From an uncultured Selenomonadales bacterium (GTDB lineage: Bacteria > Bacillota > Negativicutes > Selenomonadales > Selenomonadaceae), in NCBI GenBank assembly GCA_900315155.1, contig OMYB01000005.1, positions 11,284-75,283 on the forward strand: a DNA stretch of 64,000 nt. Reading direction: 5' to 3'. The notes under the pieces are model-generated. The model searched no databases, was not told the DNA's origin, and saw only the letters and a program-made list of their open reading frames with translations. Position numbers and translations under genes: made by a program. Positions within the stretch are counted from its first letter, which is position 1, and the number at the start of each line of letters is the position of its first letter. Shown here one piece after another: positions 34,901-45,353 of this stretch.

Positions 34901-36858
34901 GACTTCTCTCCTTCTGCCTGATGCAGGCGGCGCTGCTGCTCGAGCCAGACGAGCAGGACGGAGACATCGGCCGGCGAGACACCGCTGATGCGGCTCGCCT
35001 GTCCGACGCTGCGCGGGCGGATGGCGGCGAGTTTCTCACGGGCCTCATCGCGCAGGCTCGGCACGAGGGCGTAGTCGAGGTCTTCCGGCAGGAGCTTGTT
35101 TTCGAGCTTCTCCATATGGGCAACCTGCTCGAGCTGTTTCTTGATATAGCCCTCATAGGTAATCGAGATTTCGACCTGCTGGCGCACCTCGTCCGTGAGC
35201 TCCGGCAGCTCGATGTCCGGAGCAAACGCCTCGCGCACGGTTTCGTAGGTGACATCCGGGCGGCGCAGGAGCTCGTAGAGCGTTGTGCGCGTGTGGATGG
35301 CCTGGATGCCCGCCTCCGCGAGCCGCCCATTGACCGCATCGCTCGGATTGACGGCCGCATCCTTGAGCTGCTGCAGCACGGCCTGGATGGCTTCCTGCTT
35401 TTTTGTGAAACGCGCCCAGCGCGCATCCGTCACGAGGCCGACGCGGCGGCCGTACGGCGTGAGGCGCTGGTCCGCGTTGTCCTGGCGCAGCAGCAGGCGG
35501 TACTCCGCGCGGCTCGTCATCATGCGATACGGCTCATGCGTGCCCTTCGTCACGAGATCGTCGATGAGCACGCCGATATAGGCCTCGGAGCGCTTGAGCA
35601 CGAGAGGTTCCTCTTTTTTGATAAACATCGCCGCATTGATGCCCGCGATGATGCCCTGTGCCGCCGCCTCCTCGTAGCCAGAGGTGCCGTTAGCCTGACC
35701 GGCGGAGAAGAAACCGTGGATATCCTTGAACTCGAGCGTCGGCTTCAGCTGCGTCGGGTCGATGCAGTCGTACTCGATGGCGTAGCCGAGACGCATGACA
35801 TGGCAATGCTCGAGCCCCGGAATCGTGTGCAGGAACGCGAGCTGCACATCGGCCGGCATGCTCGTGCTCATGCCCTGTACGTAGACCTCGTTCGTGTGGA
35901 TGCCCTCCGGCTCGAGGAAAAGCTGATGCCGTTCCTTGTCCGGGAAGCGCTGGATCTTCGTCTCGATGGACGGGCAGTAGCGCGGGCCCACGCCCTCGAT
36001 GATGCCGTTCGCCATCGGCGCGCGGTCCATGTTCTCCTTGATGATCCGATGCGTAGCCTCGTTCGTGTAGGTCAGCCAGCACGGCGTCTGCTCGCGCGTC
36101 TGCACATCGCTCATAAAGGAGAAATTGCGGCATTCCGCATCGCCCGGCTGGATTTCCATCTTGTCGTAGTCGAGCGTGCGCGCATCGACGCGGGCCGGTG
36201 TGCCCGTCTTGAAGCGCATGAGGCGGACGCCCGCCTCCCGCAGCGAATCGGAGAAATGCATGGCCGGGCGCTGGCCGTTCGGGCCGCCGCTGTAGGTATG
36301 CTCGCCGACGATGATGCGGCCTTTGAGATACGTGCCCGTCGCCATGATGACGGCCGGGGCGTAGTAGACCTCTCCTGTCTCGACAACGACGCCGCGCACG
36401 GCTTTTTTGTCCTCCGTGAGCAGCAGGTCCGTGATGAGGATCTGCTTGACGTCGAGGTTCTCCGTCCGCTCGCACGTCTCCTTCATCGTGAACTGGTAGA
36501 GCTTCTTGTCGGCCTGGGCGCGCAGCGCATGGACGGCGGGGCCCTTGCCCGTGTTGAGCATGCGGAACTGGATGCACGTCTTGTCCGCGTTCACGCCCAT
36601 CTCGCCGCCGAGCGCATCGAGCTCGCGTACGAGGTGACCCTTCGCCGGGCCTCCCACGGACGGATTGCACGGCATGAGCGCGATGTTATCCATCGAGAGC
36701 GTCGCGAGCAGCGTGCGGCATCCGATGCGTGCCGCCGCGAGGGCAGCCTCGACACCGGCATGACCGGCGCCGACGACGATGACATCATACGTGCCTGCCA
36801 CAAATCTCCCCTCTGCGTCCATAACCGGCATGACAGGATTTACGCTTTCTTCTGACAT
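34882..36858 (-). CDS. mnmG: tRNA uridine-5-carboxymethylaminomethyl modification enzyme MnmG (GidA)
   Basis: Has [12 protein letters not shown] and is a full-length GidA homologue. The N-terminal roughly 20 aa may be an over-extension. Confidence 0.95.
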   Translation of the reverse strand: MSEESVNPVMPVMDAEGRFVAGTYDVIVVGAGHAGVEAALAAARIGCRTLLATLSMDNIALMPCNPSVGGPAKGHLVRELDALGGEMGVNADKTCIQFRMLNTGKGPAVHALRAQADKKLYQFTMKETCERTENLDVKQILITDLLLTEDKKAVRGVVVETGEVYYAPAVIMATGTYLKGRIIVGEHTYSGGPNGQRPAMHFSDSLREAGVRLMRFKTGTPARVDARTLDYDKMEIQPGDAECRNFSFMSDVQTREQTPCWLTYTNEATHRIIKENMDRAPMANGIIEGVGPRYCPSIETKIQRFPDKERHQLFLEPEGIHTNEVYVQGMSTSMPADVQLAFLHTIPGLEHCHVMRLGYAIEYDCIDPTQLKPTLEFKDIHGFFSAGQANGTSGYEEAAAQGIIAGINAAMFIKKEEPLVLKRSEAYIGVLIDDLVTKGTHEPYRMMTSRAEYRLLLRQDNADQRLTPYGRRVGLVTDARWARFTKKQEAIQAVLQQLKDAAVNPSDAVNGRLAEAGIQAIHTRTTLYELLRRPDVTYETVREAFAPDIELPELTDEVRQQVEISITYEGYIKKQLEQVAHMEKLENKLLPEDLDYALVPSLRDEAREKLAAIRPRSVGQASRISGVSPADVSVLLVWLEQQRRLHQAEGEKSCSSTK

Positions 36859-36883
36859 GGAATCGGATCCTTCCCTTTATCTA

Positions 36884-38266
36884 TCACTTGCCGATGCAGA
36901 ACCGGCTGAAAATCGTATCGATGAGGTCCTCGCGGACCGTGTTGCCCGTGAGCTCGCCGAGCTTCTCCCACGCGGCGCGCAGGTCGATGGAGGCACAGTC
37001 GAGCCCCAGGCCCGCATCAAGCGTACCCTGCACGGCTGCGAGCTGGGCGTCCGCCTGGCGGAGCGTCTCGGCCTGCATCTCGCTGTTCACGAAGCCGCCC
37101 TCCGTGCCCTCGGTCTCACCGGCCCAGGCGCGGTCGTGGATGGCTTTGGCGAGCGCATCGAGTCCTGCACCGGAGGCCACGGCAACGGGCAGGACCTCCA
37201 TGCCGCCCGCCCGCTCAGCCAGCTCTGCCGCCGTAGTCACGGCAGGCAGATCGCTTTTGTTTAGGAGCAGGATCGCATCCTTGCCGTGAAGCAGTCCGAG
37301 GATTTCCTCGTCCTCCGCCGTGAGCGGCCGCGAGCCGTCAAAGAGCGCCAGGACGAGCGCCGCGCGCGCCACGTATCCGCGTGCCCGCTCGACGCCCATC
37401 TGCTCGACGACGTCATCCGTCTCGCGGATGCCCGCCGTATCGATGATGCGCAGCGGCACGCCGCCGACCTCCGCATACTCCTCGATGGAGTCGCGCGTCG
37501 TGCCAGGGATATCCGTGACGATGGCGCGTTCCTCCCGCAGCAGTGCATTCAAGAGGCTCGACTTGCCGACATTCGGCTTGCCGATGATGGCCGTCATGAG
37601 GCCGTCGCGCAGGATGCGCCCCGTGTGGGCCGTCTGCAGCATGCGCGCGATCCCTGTGCGGAGTTCCTGCACCTTCGCACCGATTTCATCCGTCACGACC
37701 TCCTCGACGCCATCCTCCGGGAAATCGATGACGGCCTCGATATGCGCCGTCATATCCATGATGGCATCCTGCATGGCCTGGATCTGCGCAGAGAAATGCC
37801 CGGAAAGATGCCCCTCTGCCATCTGCAGGGATCGTTCGGTGCGCGCCTCGATGATATCCATGACGGCCTGCGCCTGCGACACATCGAGCCGCCCGTTGAG
37901 GAACGCCCGCTTCGTGAACTCCCCGCGCTCTGCCTGACGGGCGCCGGCCTGCCACGTGAGACGCAGGATTTTCCTCAGGGCCACGCTGCTGCCGTGTGCC
38001 TGCAGCTCGACGACGTCCTCGCAGGTGTAGGAGTGCGGACTCCGCATGACGATGGCGAGGATTTCGTCGACCGTCCTGCCCTCCGCATCGACGGCATGCC
38101 CATAGATGACCTGCCGCGACGGCACCTCGGCGAGCCTTTTCCCGTTTGCCGCACGGAACACGGCGTCGGCCACATCGATGGCATGCTCGCCGCTGATGCG
38201 GATGACGCCGATGCCGCCCGCCCCGGGTGCCGTTGCGATGGCGCTGATCGTATCGCCCTGCTGCAT
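36884..38266 (-). CDS. mnmE: tRNA modification GTPase MnmE (TrmE)
   Basis: Has GKPNVGKSSLLN and DTAGIRET motifs and the C-terminal FCIGK. Confidence 0.95.
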   Translation of the reverse strand: MQQGDTISAIATAPGAGGIGVIRISGEHAIDVADAVFRAANGKRLAEVPSRQVIYGHAVDAEGRTVDEILAIVMRSPHSYTCEDVVELQAHGSSVALRKILRLTWQAGARQAERGEFTKRAFLNGRLDVSQAQAVMDIIEARTERSLQMAEGHLSGHFSAQIQAMQDAIMDMTAHIEAVIDFPEDGVEEVVTDEIGAKVQELRTGIARMLQTAHTGRILRDGLMTAIIGKPNVGKSSLLNALLREERAIVTDIPGTTRDSIEEYAEVGGVPLRIIDTAGIRETDDVVEQMGVERARGYVARAALVLALFDGSRPLTAEDEEILGLLHGKDAILLLNKSDLPAVTTAAELAERAGGMEVLPVAVASGAGLDALAKAIHDRAWAGETEGTEGGFVNSEMQAETLRQADAQLAAVQGTLDAGLGLDCASIDLRAAWEKLGELTGNTVREDLIDTIFSRFCIGK

Positions 38267-38295
38267 ACTGCTCTTCCTTTCGTCTCGTGAACGTA

Positions 38296-38327
38296 TCAGA
38301 AAAGCCTCCCTCTGGCTGGAGGAAGGC
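38296..38327 (-). terminator. Intrinsic terminator after jag
   Basis: Minus strand reads GCCUUCCUC-CAGCCA-GAGGGAGGC followed by UUUUCUGAU. Confidence 0.55.
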
Positions 38328-38344
38328 CATAAAAATACGAAAAC

Positions 38345-39160
38345 TTATTCTGCGGAATCCCTGCGCTGCGAGCGGCGCGGCGTGATGACCACATAGCGGC
38401 GGGGCTCATCGCCCTCACTGCGCGTCGTGACGCGCTTGCTATCCTGCAGGGCCGTATGGATGATCTTCCGCTCATGCCGGTTCATCGGCTCGAGGCGCAC
38501 ATCGCGGTGGATACGGCATGCCTTCTCCGCCAGATGCGCCGCCAGCGTCTTCAGCGTCTCCTCGCGGCGCGAGCGGTAATGCTCCACATCCAGGATGATA
38601 TGGTGGCGGTTTCCGTCTATGCCGCGGTTCGCAGCGAGGTTCGCGAGATACTGCAAAGAGTCCAGCGTCTGCCCGTGCTTGCCGATGAGGATGCCGAGGT
38701 TCTCCCCGATGAGGTCGAACACCGTCCCCTCCTCCGACTCGCTGCGCGCGATCTGCACGGAAATATGCATCGCCTGGAAGACGTCCTTGAGGAACTGCTC
38801 CGCACGGTCCGCCTGCTCCGCATCGCTGAGTTCTGTCCCCGTCTCCGGAGCCTGTACAGCATCCGCCGACGCGGCAGCCACGATCTCAGGCTTTGCCTCC
38901 TGCGGCGCCGTCTGTGCTTCGGCAGGCTGTTCTCTCTCGGGAGACTCTACTGCCTCTGCCGTCTTTTCCGCCGTTTTCCTGGCGGCTTTCTTCATGACGC
39001 GGAGACGCGCTTTCTTTGCGCCAAAGAGCCCGAAAAAGCCGTGCGACGGTTTCTGCACGACGACGTACTCGATATCGTCCCTGCCACAGCCGAGCTCCTG
39101 CATCGCCTGCCGAAGGGCCTCGGCGACGTCCCTGCCCGTTACTTCGATTGCTTCTGCCAT
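38345..39160 (-). CDS. jag: Jag/KhpB RNA-binding protein (Jag_N, KH, R3H)
   Basis: 271 aa with an R3H region (ERKIIHTAL). It lies downstream of yidC. Confidence 0.85.
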   Translation of the reverse strand: MAEAIEVTGRDVAEALRQAMQELGCGRDDIEYVVVQKPSHGFFGLFGAKKARLRVMKKAARKTAEKTAEAVESPEREQPAEAQTAPQEAKPEIVAAASADAVQAPETGTELSDAEQADRAEQFLKDVFQAMHISVQIARSESEEGTVFDLIGENLGILIGKHGQTLDSLQYLANLAANRGIDGNRHHIILDVEHYRSRREETLKTLAAHLAEKACRIHRDVRLEPMNRHERKIIHTALQDSKRVTTRSEGDEPRRYVVITPRRSQRRDSAE

Positions 39161-39831
39161 CAGGCCTTCTTCTCCTTCTTGCTGTCCTCACCGCGGTACA
39201 TCCACCACTGCTGGACGATCTGCACGACGTTCATCGTAACCCAGTACAGCACGAGGCCGGACGGGAAATTCAGCGAAATCCAGCCGATGAAGATCGGCAT
39301 GACCGTCATCATGATCTTCATCTGCTGATTCATTTCCGTCGTCGTCATCTTCTGCTGGAGGAACGTCGTGAGTGCCGACAGGATCGGCAGGATATACAGC
39401 GGATCCGGATCCGACATGCTCGGCAGCCACAGGAAAGCAGCGGCCTCCGGCGACGGATACTGGAAATTGAACAGGGCATAGTACATGCCCATGAGGATTG
39501 GCATCTGGATGAGCAGCGGCAGGCAGCCTGCGAGCGGGTTCACGCCGGCATCCTTGTAGAGCGCGCCGAGTTTCTGCTGCATGACCTGCGGGTTATCCTT
39601 GTACTTCTCCTGGAGCTTCTTCATCTTCGGCTGAAGCTCCTGCATGGCCTTCATGGATTTGACCTGCTTGACCGTCAGCGGATAGAGAAGCATCTTGACG
39701 ATGATCGTCAGCAGGATGATCGCCATACCATAGCTGCCGGCTCCGGCGATATCGGTCAGATTGTAGAGGAGCTGCAGCACAAAGCCCAGCAGGTCCTCAA
39801 TTGGCTGAAACAGCGTTCCAAAAAATCCCAA
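39160..39831 (-). CDS. yidC: Membrane protein insertase YidC (short Firmicute type)
   Basis: Has the motifs LYPLT.KQ..SM..MQ.LQP....LQEKYK and GCLP.LIQMPI. Confidence 0.9.
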   Translation of the reverse strand: MGFFGTLFQPIEDLLGFVLQLLYNLTDIAGAGSYGMAIILLTIIVKMLLYPLTVKQVKSMKAMQELQPKMKKLQEKYKDNPQVMQQKLGALYKDAGVNPLAGCLPLLIQMPILMGMYYALFNFQYPSPEAAAFLWLPSMSDPDPLYILPILSALTTFLQQKMTTTEMNQQMKIMMTVMPIFIGWISLNFPSGLVLYWVTMNVVQIVQQWWMYRGEDSKKEKKA

Positions 39832-39876
39832 TTCATCACGTCCTATTCACGAGTGACAAGTATTCAACGGCAAAGA

Positions 39877-40089
39877 TTATGGCACAGGGTCATAGCCGCC
39901 CTTGTGGAAAGGATGGCAGCGCAGGATGCGCTTGATGGCGAGCCAGCCGCCGCGGCGCGCCCCGTACCGTTCAATGGCAATTCTCGCATACTCCGAGCAC
40001 GTCGGCACATAGCGGCAGGACGGCGGCTTCATCGGCGAGATCCAGACTTGGTAAAAGCGGATCAGAAGCAGAGCTGCGCGTTTCATCAC
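39877..40089 (-). CDS. yidD: Membrane protein insertion efficiency factor YidD
   Basis: 70 aa: YQ.WISP.....CRY.PTCSEY...AI..YG. Confidence 0.9.
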   Translation of the reverse strand: MMKRAALLLIRFYQVWISPMKPPSCRYVPTCSEYARIAIERYGARRGGWLAIKRILRCHPFHKGGYDPVP

Positions 40090-40454
40090 ACATCCTCCCG
40101 CAGGGCGCCGGCCTTGCGCGCGAGGCGCAGGAACGACCGCTCCACCTCCGTGCCCGACGCCTCGACCGCACCGCGCCGCCCGACCATGAGCAGGGCGACG
40201 TCGTCGCGGATGGCATCCTGATGCTGCCGGTATGCCTCGCGCAGCAGACGCTTAACGCGGTTGCGCACGACGGCGCAGCCGAGCTTCTTGCCCGCGGCAA
40301 AGCCGATCCGGCCCTTCATGCGTGCGGCTTCCTCGTCCTTCCGTACGAAAACATACAGGACGAAGTAACGGTTCGCATACGAGCGCCCTACCCGGTAGAC
40401 TTTCTGGAAATCACTGCGCCGCTTCAGCATCCTTTTTCTCGGTAAAGTAAGCAT
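40086..40454 (-). CDS. rnpA: RNase P protein component
   Basis: I chose the start at [20 protein letters not shown], with a GGGGAGA RBS. It overlaps yidD by 4 nt. Confidence 0.9.
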   Translation of the reverse strand: MLTLPRKRMLKRRSDFQKVYRVGRSYANRYFVLYVFVRKDEEAARMKGRIGFAAGKKLGCAVVRNRVKRLLREAYRQHQDAIRDDVALLMVGRRGAVEASGTEVERSFLRLARKAGALREDV

Positions 40455-40500
40455 CGCAATTCTCCCCAATGTTCTTATATCGTAAAGATGGTTTCATTTC

Positions 40501-40528
40501 AAAAAGAAAAGGCCACCGAAGTGACCTA
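40501..40528 (-). terminator. Strand-specific intrinsic terminator/attenuator between rpmH and rnpA
   Basis: Minus strand reads AGGUCAC-UUCG-GUGGCCU followed by UUUCUUUUU. The G-U pair would be a C-A mismatch on the plus strand. Confidence 0.6.
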
Positions 40529-40538
40529 GCATTGTGTT

Positions 40539-40673
40539 TTATGCCGAAAGCTTCTTTCTGCCGCGCTGGCGTCTTCTCTTCAGTACGAGACGGCCGCCCT
40601 TCGTCTTCATGCGCTCGCGGAAGCCATGAGTCTGCTTTCTCCAATGGTTGTTCGGCTGGAAAGTCTGTTTCAT
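40539..40673 (-). CDS. rpmH: 50S ribosomal protein L34
   Basis: Not in the ORF track (44 aa). Translates as [44 protein letters not shown], with an AGGAGG RBS. Confidence 0.95.
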   Translation of the reverse strand: MKQTFQPNNHWRKQTHGFRERMKTKGGRLVLKRRRQRGRKKLSA

Positions 40674-40754
40674 GTCTCTCAACACCTCCTTCAATTGTCT
40701 TAGTTACTCTGACAGAACGTATAGAAGCATAGTATCAGAAGCATAACTAAGTGA

Positions 40755-40783
40755 ATTATAGCTTAGACGGTGGATAGTGTCAA
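40755..40783 (-). promoter_or_regulatory. Consensus promoter TTGACA-17-TATAAT for rpmH
   Basis: Minus strand reads ttgaca ctatccaccgtctaagc tataat. Confidence 0.65.
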
Positions 40784-40813
40784 GGCTCAAGAGACGCCTT
40801 TTCCCCTGTATTT

Positions 40814-41016
40814 TGTGGATAAACCGCCCATGAGCAGGGCTGTGCTGTGGAAAATCTTGTTGATAACATCGGCCGTATCTGCTAAAATATTGTTGATTAG
40901 TGTGCGGAAAACTATCCTGTGCAAAATTCGGATTATCCACGATTTCCCGCCTCTCAACCGCCTTTTCGTGAAGTTATCCACAGCTGTGGATAATGGTGTG
41001 GATAATTTTATGCACA
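40814..41016. other. oriC, left DnaA-box cluster (upstream of dnaA)
   Basis: Perfect boxes at 40814, 40974, 40985 and 40997. One-mismatch boxes at 40846, 40858, 40933 and 41008. Confidence 0.8.
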
Positions 41017-41056
41017 GGTTTTTCTTTTCTGCAAAAGAAAGAAGGATTATATCGAT

Positions 41057-42538
41057 ATGGATCAGACGAATCTGCAGGTCATCTGGGCGGAAATCCTGGA
41101 CAAGACCCGCGAATCCCTGGCCGAAGCTGCCTGCAAGAAGTGGCTCTCCCCCTTGAAGCCGCTCTCCCTTTCCGAAACCACACTCGAGCTCGGCGTACAG
41201 AACGAATTTGCCAGCGAGTGGATTACCTCGCATTACTTCGGTATCCTGCAGGATGCTACGAACGTCATCATCAATGCACCGAACACCATCCACATCAAGC
41301 TCACCATCACGGAGCCGGAGCATCCGGAACAGGTCACACTGCTCGACGCCGATGGGGACACGGCAGCTGAGACAAAAGTGGAGGCAGCCCCCGAAACGTC
41401 CGCCTCCGCATCCAAGGCAGAGAAAGCGAAAAAGAACGGACAGCCGGAGACCAAGACCCCGCCTGCCGCCGACACAGACGACAATCCGCTGCAGGTCATC
41501 GCGCCGGGCGATGCCTCGTCGCTCAACCCGCGCTATACGTTCGAGACGTTCGTGACCGGCAGCTCCAACCAGCTCGCCCACGCCGCCGCAGAGGGTGTCG
41601 CGAAAGAGCCGGGCAAGGTGTTCAACCCGCTGTTCATGTATGGCGGCGTCGGCCTCGGCAAAACCCATCTCATGCACGCCATCGGCAACAAGGTTCTCCG
41701 TGACCATCCCAATATGCGCGTGCTCTACGTCACGAGCGAGAAATTCACGAACGAGCTCATCGACTCGATCCGCAGCGGCCATCCGGAGCGTTTCCGTGCC
41801 AAATACCGTAAGATCGATGTCCTGATGATCGATGATATCCAGTTCATTTCCGGCAAAGACAGCACGCAGACGGAGTTCTTCAACACCTTCAATGAACTGA
41901 AGGATGCGGAGAAAGCCATCGTGATTTCCTCCGATCGCCCGCCGAAAGAACTCGAGCAGCTCGAGGAACGCCTGCGTTCCCGCTTCGAAGGCGGCATGCT
42001 GGCAGACGTCCAGCCGCCAGATTTCGAGATGCGCATCGGCATCCTGCGCAACAAGGCCCAGATGGACCACTACAGCGTGCCGGACAGCGTCATCGACTAC
42101 ATCGCGAACCATATCGACAGCAACATCCGTGAGCTCGAAGGCGCGCTCACGCGTCTCGTCGCCTACGCCTCGCTCATGCAGAAGCCGATCACGCCAGAGC
42201 TCGCCGCCGAGGCGCTGAAGGACATCCTGCCGGAGAGCCACAAGAAAGTCGTCACGATGGAACTCATCCAGGAGATCGTCGCGAGCTACTTCAAGGTAAA
42301 GCTCGAGGACCTGCACTCCAAGAAGCGCAACCAGCGGATCGCCTACCCGCGCCAGGTCGCCATGTATCTCAGCCGCGAGCTGACCGATACCTCCCTGCCG
42401 CAGATCGGGCAGTTCTTCGGCGGCCGCGACCACTCGACGGTGCTGCACGCATACAACAAGGTCAGCGATGACCGCCAGAACGATGCGAAGATCGCCAAGA
42501 CCATCAACGACATTCTGAACCGCATCCAGAAAATGTGA
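41057..42538 (+). CDS. dnaA: Chromosomal replication initiator DnaA
   Basis: 493 aa. Has the AAA+ motif [13 protein letters not shown] and the domain IV motif HSTVLHA. Confidence 0.97.
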   Translation: MDQTNLQVIWAEILDKTRESLAEAACKKWLSPLKPLSLSETTLELGVQNEFASEWITSHYFGILQDATNVIINAPNTIHIKLTITEPEHPEQVTLLDADGDTAAETKVEAAPETSASASKAEKAKKNGQPETKTPPAADTDDNPLQVIAPGDASSLNPRYTFETFVTGSSNQLAHAAAEGVAKEPGKVFNPLFMYGGVGLGKTHLMHAIGNKVLRDHPNMRVLYVTSEKFTNELIDSIRSGHPERFRAKYRKIDVLMIDDIQFISGKDSTQTEFFNTFNELKDAEKAIVISSDRPPKELEQLEERLRSRFEGGMLADVQPPDFEMRIGILRNKAQMDHYSVPDSVIDYIANHIDSNIRELEGALTRLVAYASLMQKPITPELAAEALKDILPESHKKVVTMELIQEIVASYFKVKLEDLHSKKRNQRIAYPRQVAMYLSRELTDTSLPQIGQFFGGRDHSTVLHAYNKVSDDRQNDAKIAKTINDILNRIQKM

Positions 42539-42559
42539 CGCAGTTATCCCCGAACGGCG

Positions 42560-42807
42560 CGTGGATAACCTTGTCGAAAAGCTGAACATTCTTCTGTGGG
42601 TAAAGTGTGGATAAGATAGGGGGCAGGTTTTTCCGTGGATAATGTGGATAACCTGCTCCTTTGTTATAGACAGGTTATGCACAGCAAAAACGTGGACAAC
42701 TCGGCGTCCAAGCGGCTTATCCACTTTTCCACAGGCCCTACTACTACGGCTACTATTTTATAAAAATCCCCTATCCGTAATAATTCAAGAGAGAGAGGCT
42801 CGAAAAA
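42560..42807. other. oriC, right DnaA-box cluster plus DnaA-trio-like repeats and an AT-rich unwinding element
   Basis: Perfect boxes at 42606 and 42643. One-mismatch boxes at 42560, 42634, 42675, 42717 and 42725. Then GGCC, CTACTACTA-CGG-CTACTA (42738..42755) and TTTTATAAAAAT. Confidence 0.75.
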
Positions 42808-43920
42808 TTGAAATTCACCTGTACGAAAAACGAACTGGCCAACGCCCTGCGTATCGTATCGAAGGCCATCGCCAATAAACCGCAGACCCCGGTATTAGCT
42901 GGTATTTACGTTCGAGCAGAAGAGAATCAGCTCGAACTCCAGGCAACGAACTATGAGTTGGGTTTCGTCAGCCGCATCCAGGCCGAAGTCGAAACGCCGG
43001 GGCAGATCGCCATCGGTGGCCGTTACTTCCTCGAAGTTGTCAACAAGATGCCTGGGGATACCATCACGATCTCGTTAGATGATGATGCAAGGACCGTCCA
43101 TATCCAGTCGGAAAAAGTCAACTTCACGCTGCTCAGCATGAATCCGGCGGAGTTCCCGGTGATCCGTCCTCTCGATGGCAACCTCCAATTCACCATCAAG
43201 GACAACGTCCTGCGTACGCTGATCAAGAAAACCTCGTTCGCCTGCTCGACGGATGAGGGCAAGCCGGTCTTTACGGGCTGTTCCCTGGTCGTCGATGGCA
43301 CGGAGGTCACGATGGCTGCTTCGAACATGCACCGTCTGTCCGTCATGAAAGAAACCTTCGATGAGCCGATCGGCAGCATCCGCATCATCATTCCGGCGAA
43401 GATCCTCAACGAGATCCTGCACAGCGCCAGCTCGGATATCCCCAGTGACATCACGATTACCTGCTCGTACAACCAGATCAGTTTCGTGCTCGATAACCTC
43501 TATATGACGTCACGCCTCATCGAGGGCACTTTCCCATCCTACTCACGGGTGATCCCGAACTCCTTTGCGACGCATGTGCAGGTTGACACGGCGGCCTTCA
43601 CGGCTGCGCTGGACCGCGTTTCCCTCATCGCCCGCTCGGATGAATACAACGTCGTCAAGATGGATTTCCGCAACAAGCAGGTCCATCTCATGGCGCGCAA
43701 CCCGGAGGTCGGCGATGCCGATGAGTATGTTTCCGCCGAAATCGACGGCCCGGACGTCCAGACGGCCTTCAATGCCCAGTATTTCATCGATGTCATGAAG
43801 GCTCTCGACAGCTCCGTCTGCCGCATCGGGCTCAATCAGGAGCTCTCTCCGGCTGCGGTCCGCGAGGCGGATAACGACAAATTCATCTACGTCGTGACGC
43901 CGGTCCGCACGGCACACTGA
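42808..43920 (+). CDS. dnaN: DNA polymerase III beta sliding clamp
   Basis: 370 aa with a TTG start: MKFTCTKNELANAL. Confidence 0.95.
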   Translation: MKFTCTKNELANALRIVSKAIANKPQTPVLAGIYVRAEENQLELQATNYELGFVSRIQAEVETPGQIAIGGRYFLEVVNKMPGDTITISLDDDARTVHIQSEKVNFTLLSMNPAEFPVIRPLDGNLQFTIKDNVLRTLIKKTSFACSTDEGKPVFTGCSLVVDGTEVTMAASNMHRLSVMKETFDEPIGSIRIIIPAKILNEILHSASSDIPSDITITCSYNQISFVLDNLYMTSRLIEGTFPSYSRVIPNSFATHVQVDTAAFTAALDRVSLIARSDEYNVVKMDFRNKQVHLMARNPEVGDADEYVSAEIDGPDVQTAFNAQYFIDVMKALDSSVCRIGLNQELSPAAVREADNDKFIYVVTPVRTAH

Positions 43921-43949
43921 AAGCATCCACAGGAGGCAGGAGGATAACT

Positions 43950-44189
43950 ATGGCAGACGAAGAAAACATCCAGGAAATCGCCATCGATACCGATACGATC
44001 CAGCTCGACCAGTTTCTCAAATGGGCGGGGGTGCTCGCCTCGGGCGGTGAGGTAAAGCCGCTCATCGAGGAGCGCCGCGTGCGCCGCAATGGCGAGATCG
44101 AGACCGCCCGCCGCCGGAAACTCGTGCCCGGAGATGTGATCCACATCGACGGCATGGGCAGCTGGAAAGTCATCCGGCAGGATAGTTGA
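43950..44189 (+). CDS. yaaA: S4-domain RNA-binding protein YaaA
   Basis: 79 aa: I.LDQFLKWAGV..SGGE.K..I....V..NGE. Conserved position between dnaN and recF. Confidence 0.85.
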   Translation: MADEENIQEIAIDTDTIQLDQFLKWAGVLASGGEVKPLIEERRVRRNGEIETARRRKLVPGDVIHIDGMGSWKVIRQDS

Positions 44190-44245
44190 GATTGAGAATA
44201 TGCTGTATAAATATGCATCAACTTGCATAAATTAGGACGATAATC

Positions 44246-45349
44246 ATGTTGATTCGATCCATCCAGCTGCGGAATTACCGCAACTACGACAACCTGGCGC
44301 TGGATTTTGCGCCGGACATCAACGTCTTTCTCGGCGCGAATGCACAGGGAAAGACGAACATCATCGAGGCGGTCTACTATGCCTCGCTCGGGCGCTCCCA
44401 CCGCACGCATCAGGATCAGGAGCTCATCCGCTGGGAACAGCCGGCGGCATCGGTCCATTTGCGCTTCGCGCGGTTCGACGTGGAGAACGAGCTCGAGTTC
44501 CAGTTCGCGCGCGGCAAGCGCCGCCGCATCCTCTTCAACGGTCATCCAATCCGCACGAAAGACCTGATCGGCAGCCTCAACACCGTGCTGTTCTCCCCCG
44601 AAGACCTCTACCTGATCAAAGGCGCCCCGACGGAGAGGCGCCGTTTTCTTGATGGGGAGATTTCACAGGCGAGCCCCGCATACTACCACGAGCTCGTGAA
44701 GTACAACCGCATCGTGCAGCAGCGCAACAATCTGCTAAAGAAGATTCGCGACCACGAGGCACGCCCCGCGATGCTGGACCTATGGGATACGCAGCTCATC
44801 GCGAGCGGCGTGCGCATCATCCGCAAACGGCTCGAGGCCGTGCAAAAGCTCAATATGCTCGCCAACCTCATGCAGCGGCGCATTTCCGGCAATCAGGAAA
44901 ACCTCCGCGTGGCATACGAAATCCACGGCGCCGCAGACGAAAAAGTGACAAATGACCTCGATTCATGGTATAATAAAGAGCTTGCAGGAAAACGCGAACT
45001 CGACATCCTGCGGGGAACAACGAGTCGTGGACCGCATCACGATGACCTCGTGCTCACGGTCAACGGCGTCAACCTGCGCGCCTACGGCTCCCAGGGCCAG
45101 CAGCGCACGGGCGTCCTTTCGCTGAAGCTTGCGGAGCTCGAATTCCTGCGATCGGAGACGGGCGAGTACCCCGTCCTGCTCCTCGACGATGTCATGAGTG
45201 AGCTCGACGTCACGCGGCGCCAGCAGCTCATCGCCTTTTTGCAGCGGGAGCACATCCAGACCATCATCACGGCGACGGATGCGGCGTATTTCCCCGAGCA
45301 GCATCGCGGCACGTTCTACCGCGTGCATGCCGGTCATGTCATGAGGTGA
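44246..45349 (+). CDS. recF: DNA replication and repair protein RecF
   Basis: Has the Walker A GANAQGKTN, the signature GSQGQQR and LLLDDV. Confidence 0.95.
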   Translation: MLIRSIQLRNYRNYDNLALDFAPDINVFLGANAQGKTNIIEAVYYASLGRSHRTHQDQELIRWEQPAASVHLRFARFDVENELEFQFARGKRRRILFNGHPIRTKDLIGSLNTVLFSPEDLYLIKGAPTERRRFLDGEISQASPAYYHELVKYNRIVQQRNNLLKKIRDHEARPAMLDLWDTQLIASGVRIIRKRLEAVQKLNMLANLMQRRISGNQENLRVAYEIHGAADEKVTNDLDSWYNKELAGKRELDILRGTTSRGPHHDDLVLTVNGVNLRAYGSQGQQRTGVLSLKLAELEFLRSETGEYPVLLLDDVMSELDVTRRQQLIAFLQREHIQTIITATDAAYFPEQHRGTFYRVHAGHVMR

Positions 45350-45353
45350 GGAA

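Noticed and set aside
34921-36855. 644-aa plus-strand ORF
   Set aside because: It is antisense to mnmG, which is unmistakable. The composition is Arg/Ala/Asp-rich.
40787-42724. 645-aa minus-strand ORF spanning the dnaA locus
   Set aside because: It is antisense to dnaA and runs through both DnaA-box clusters. It has no protein-like motifs.
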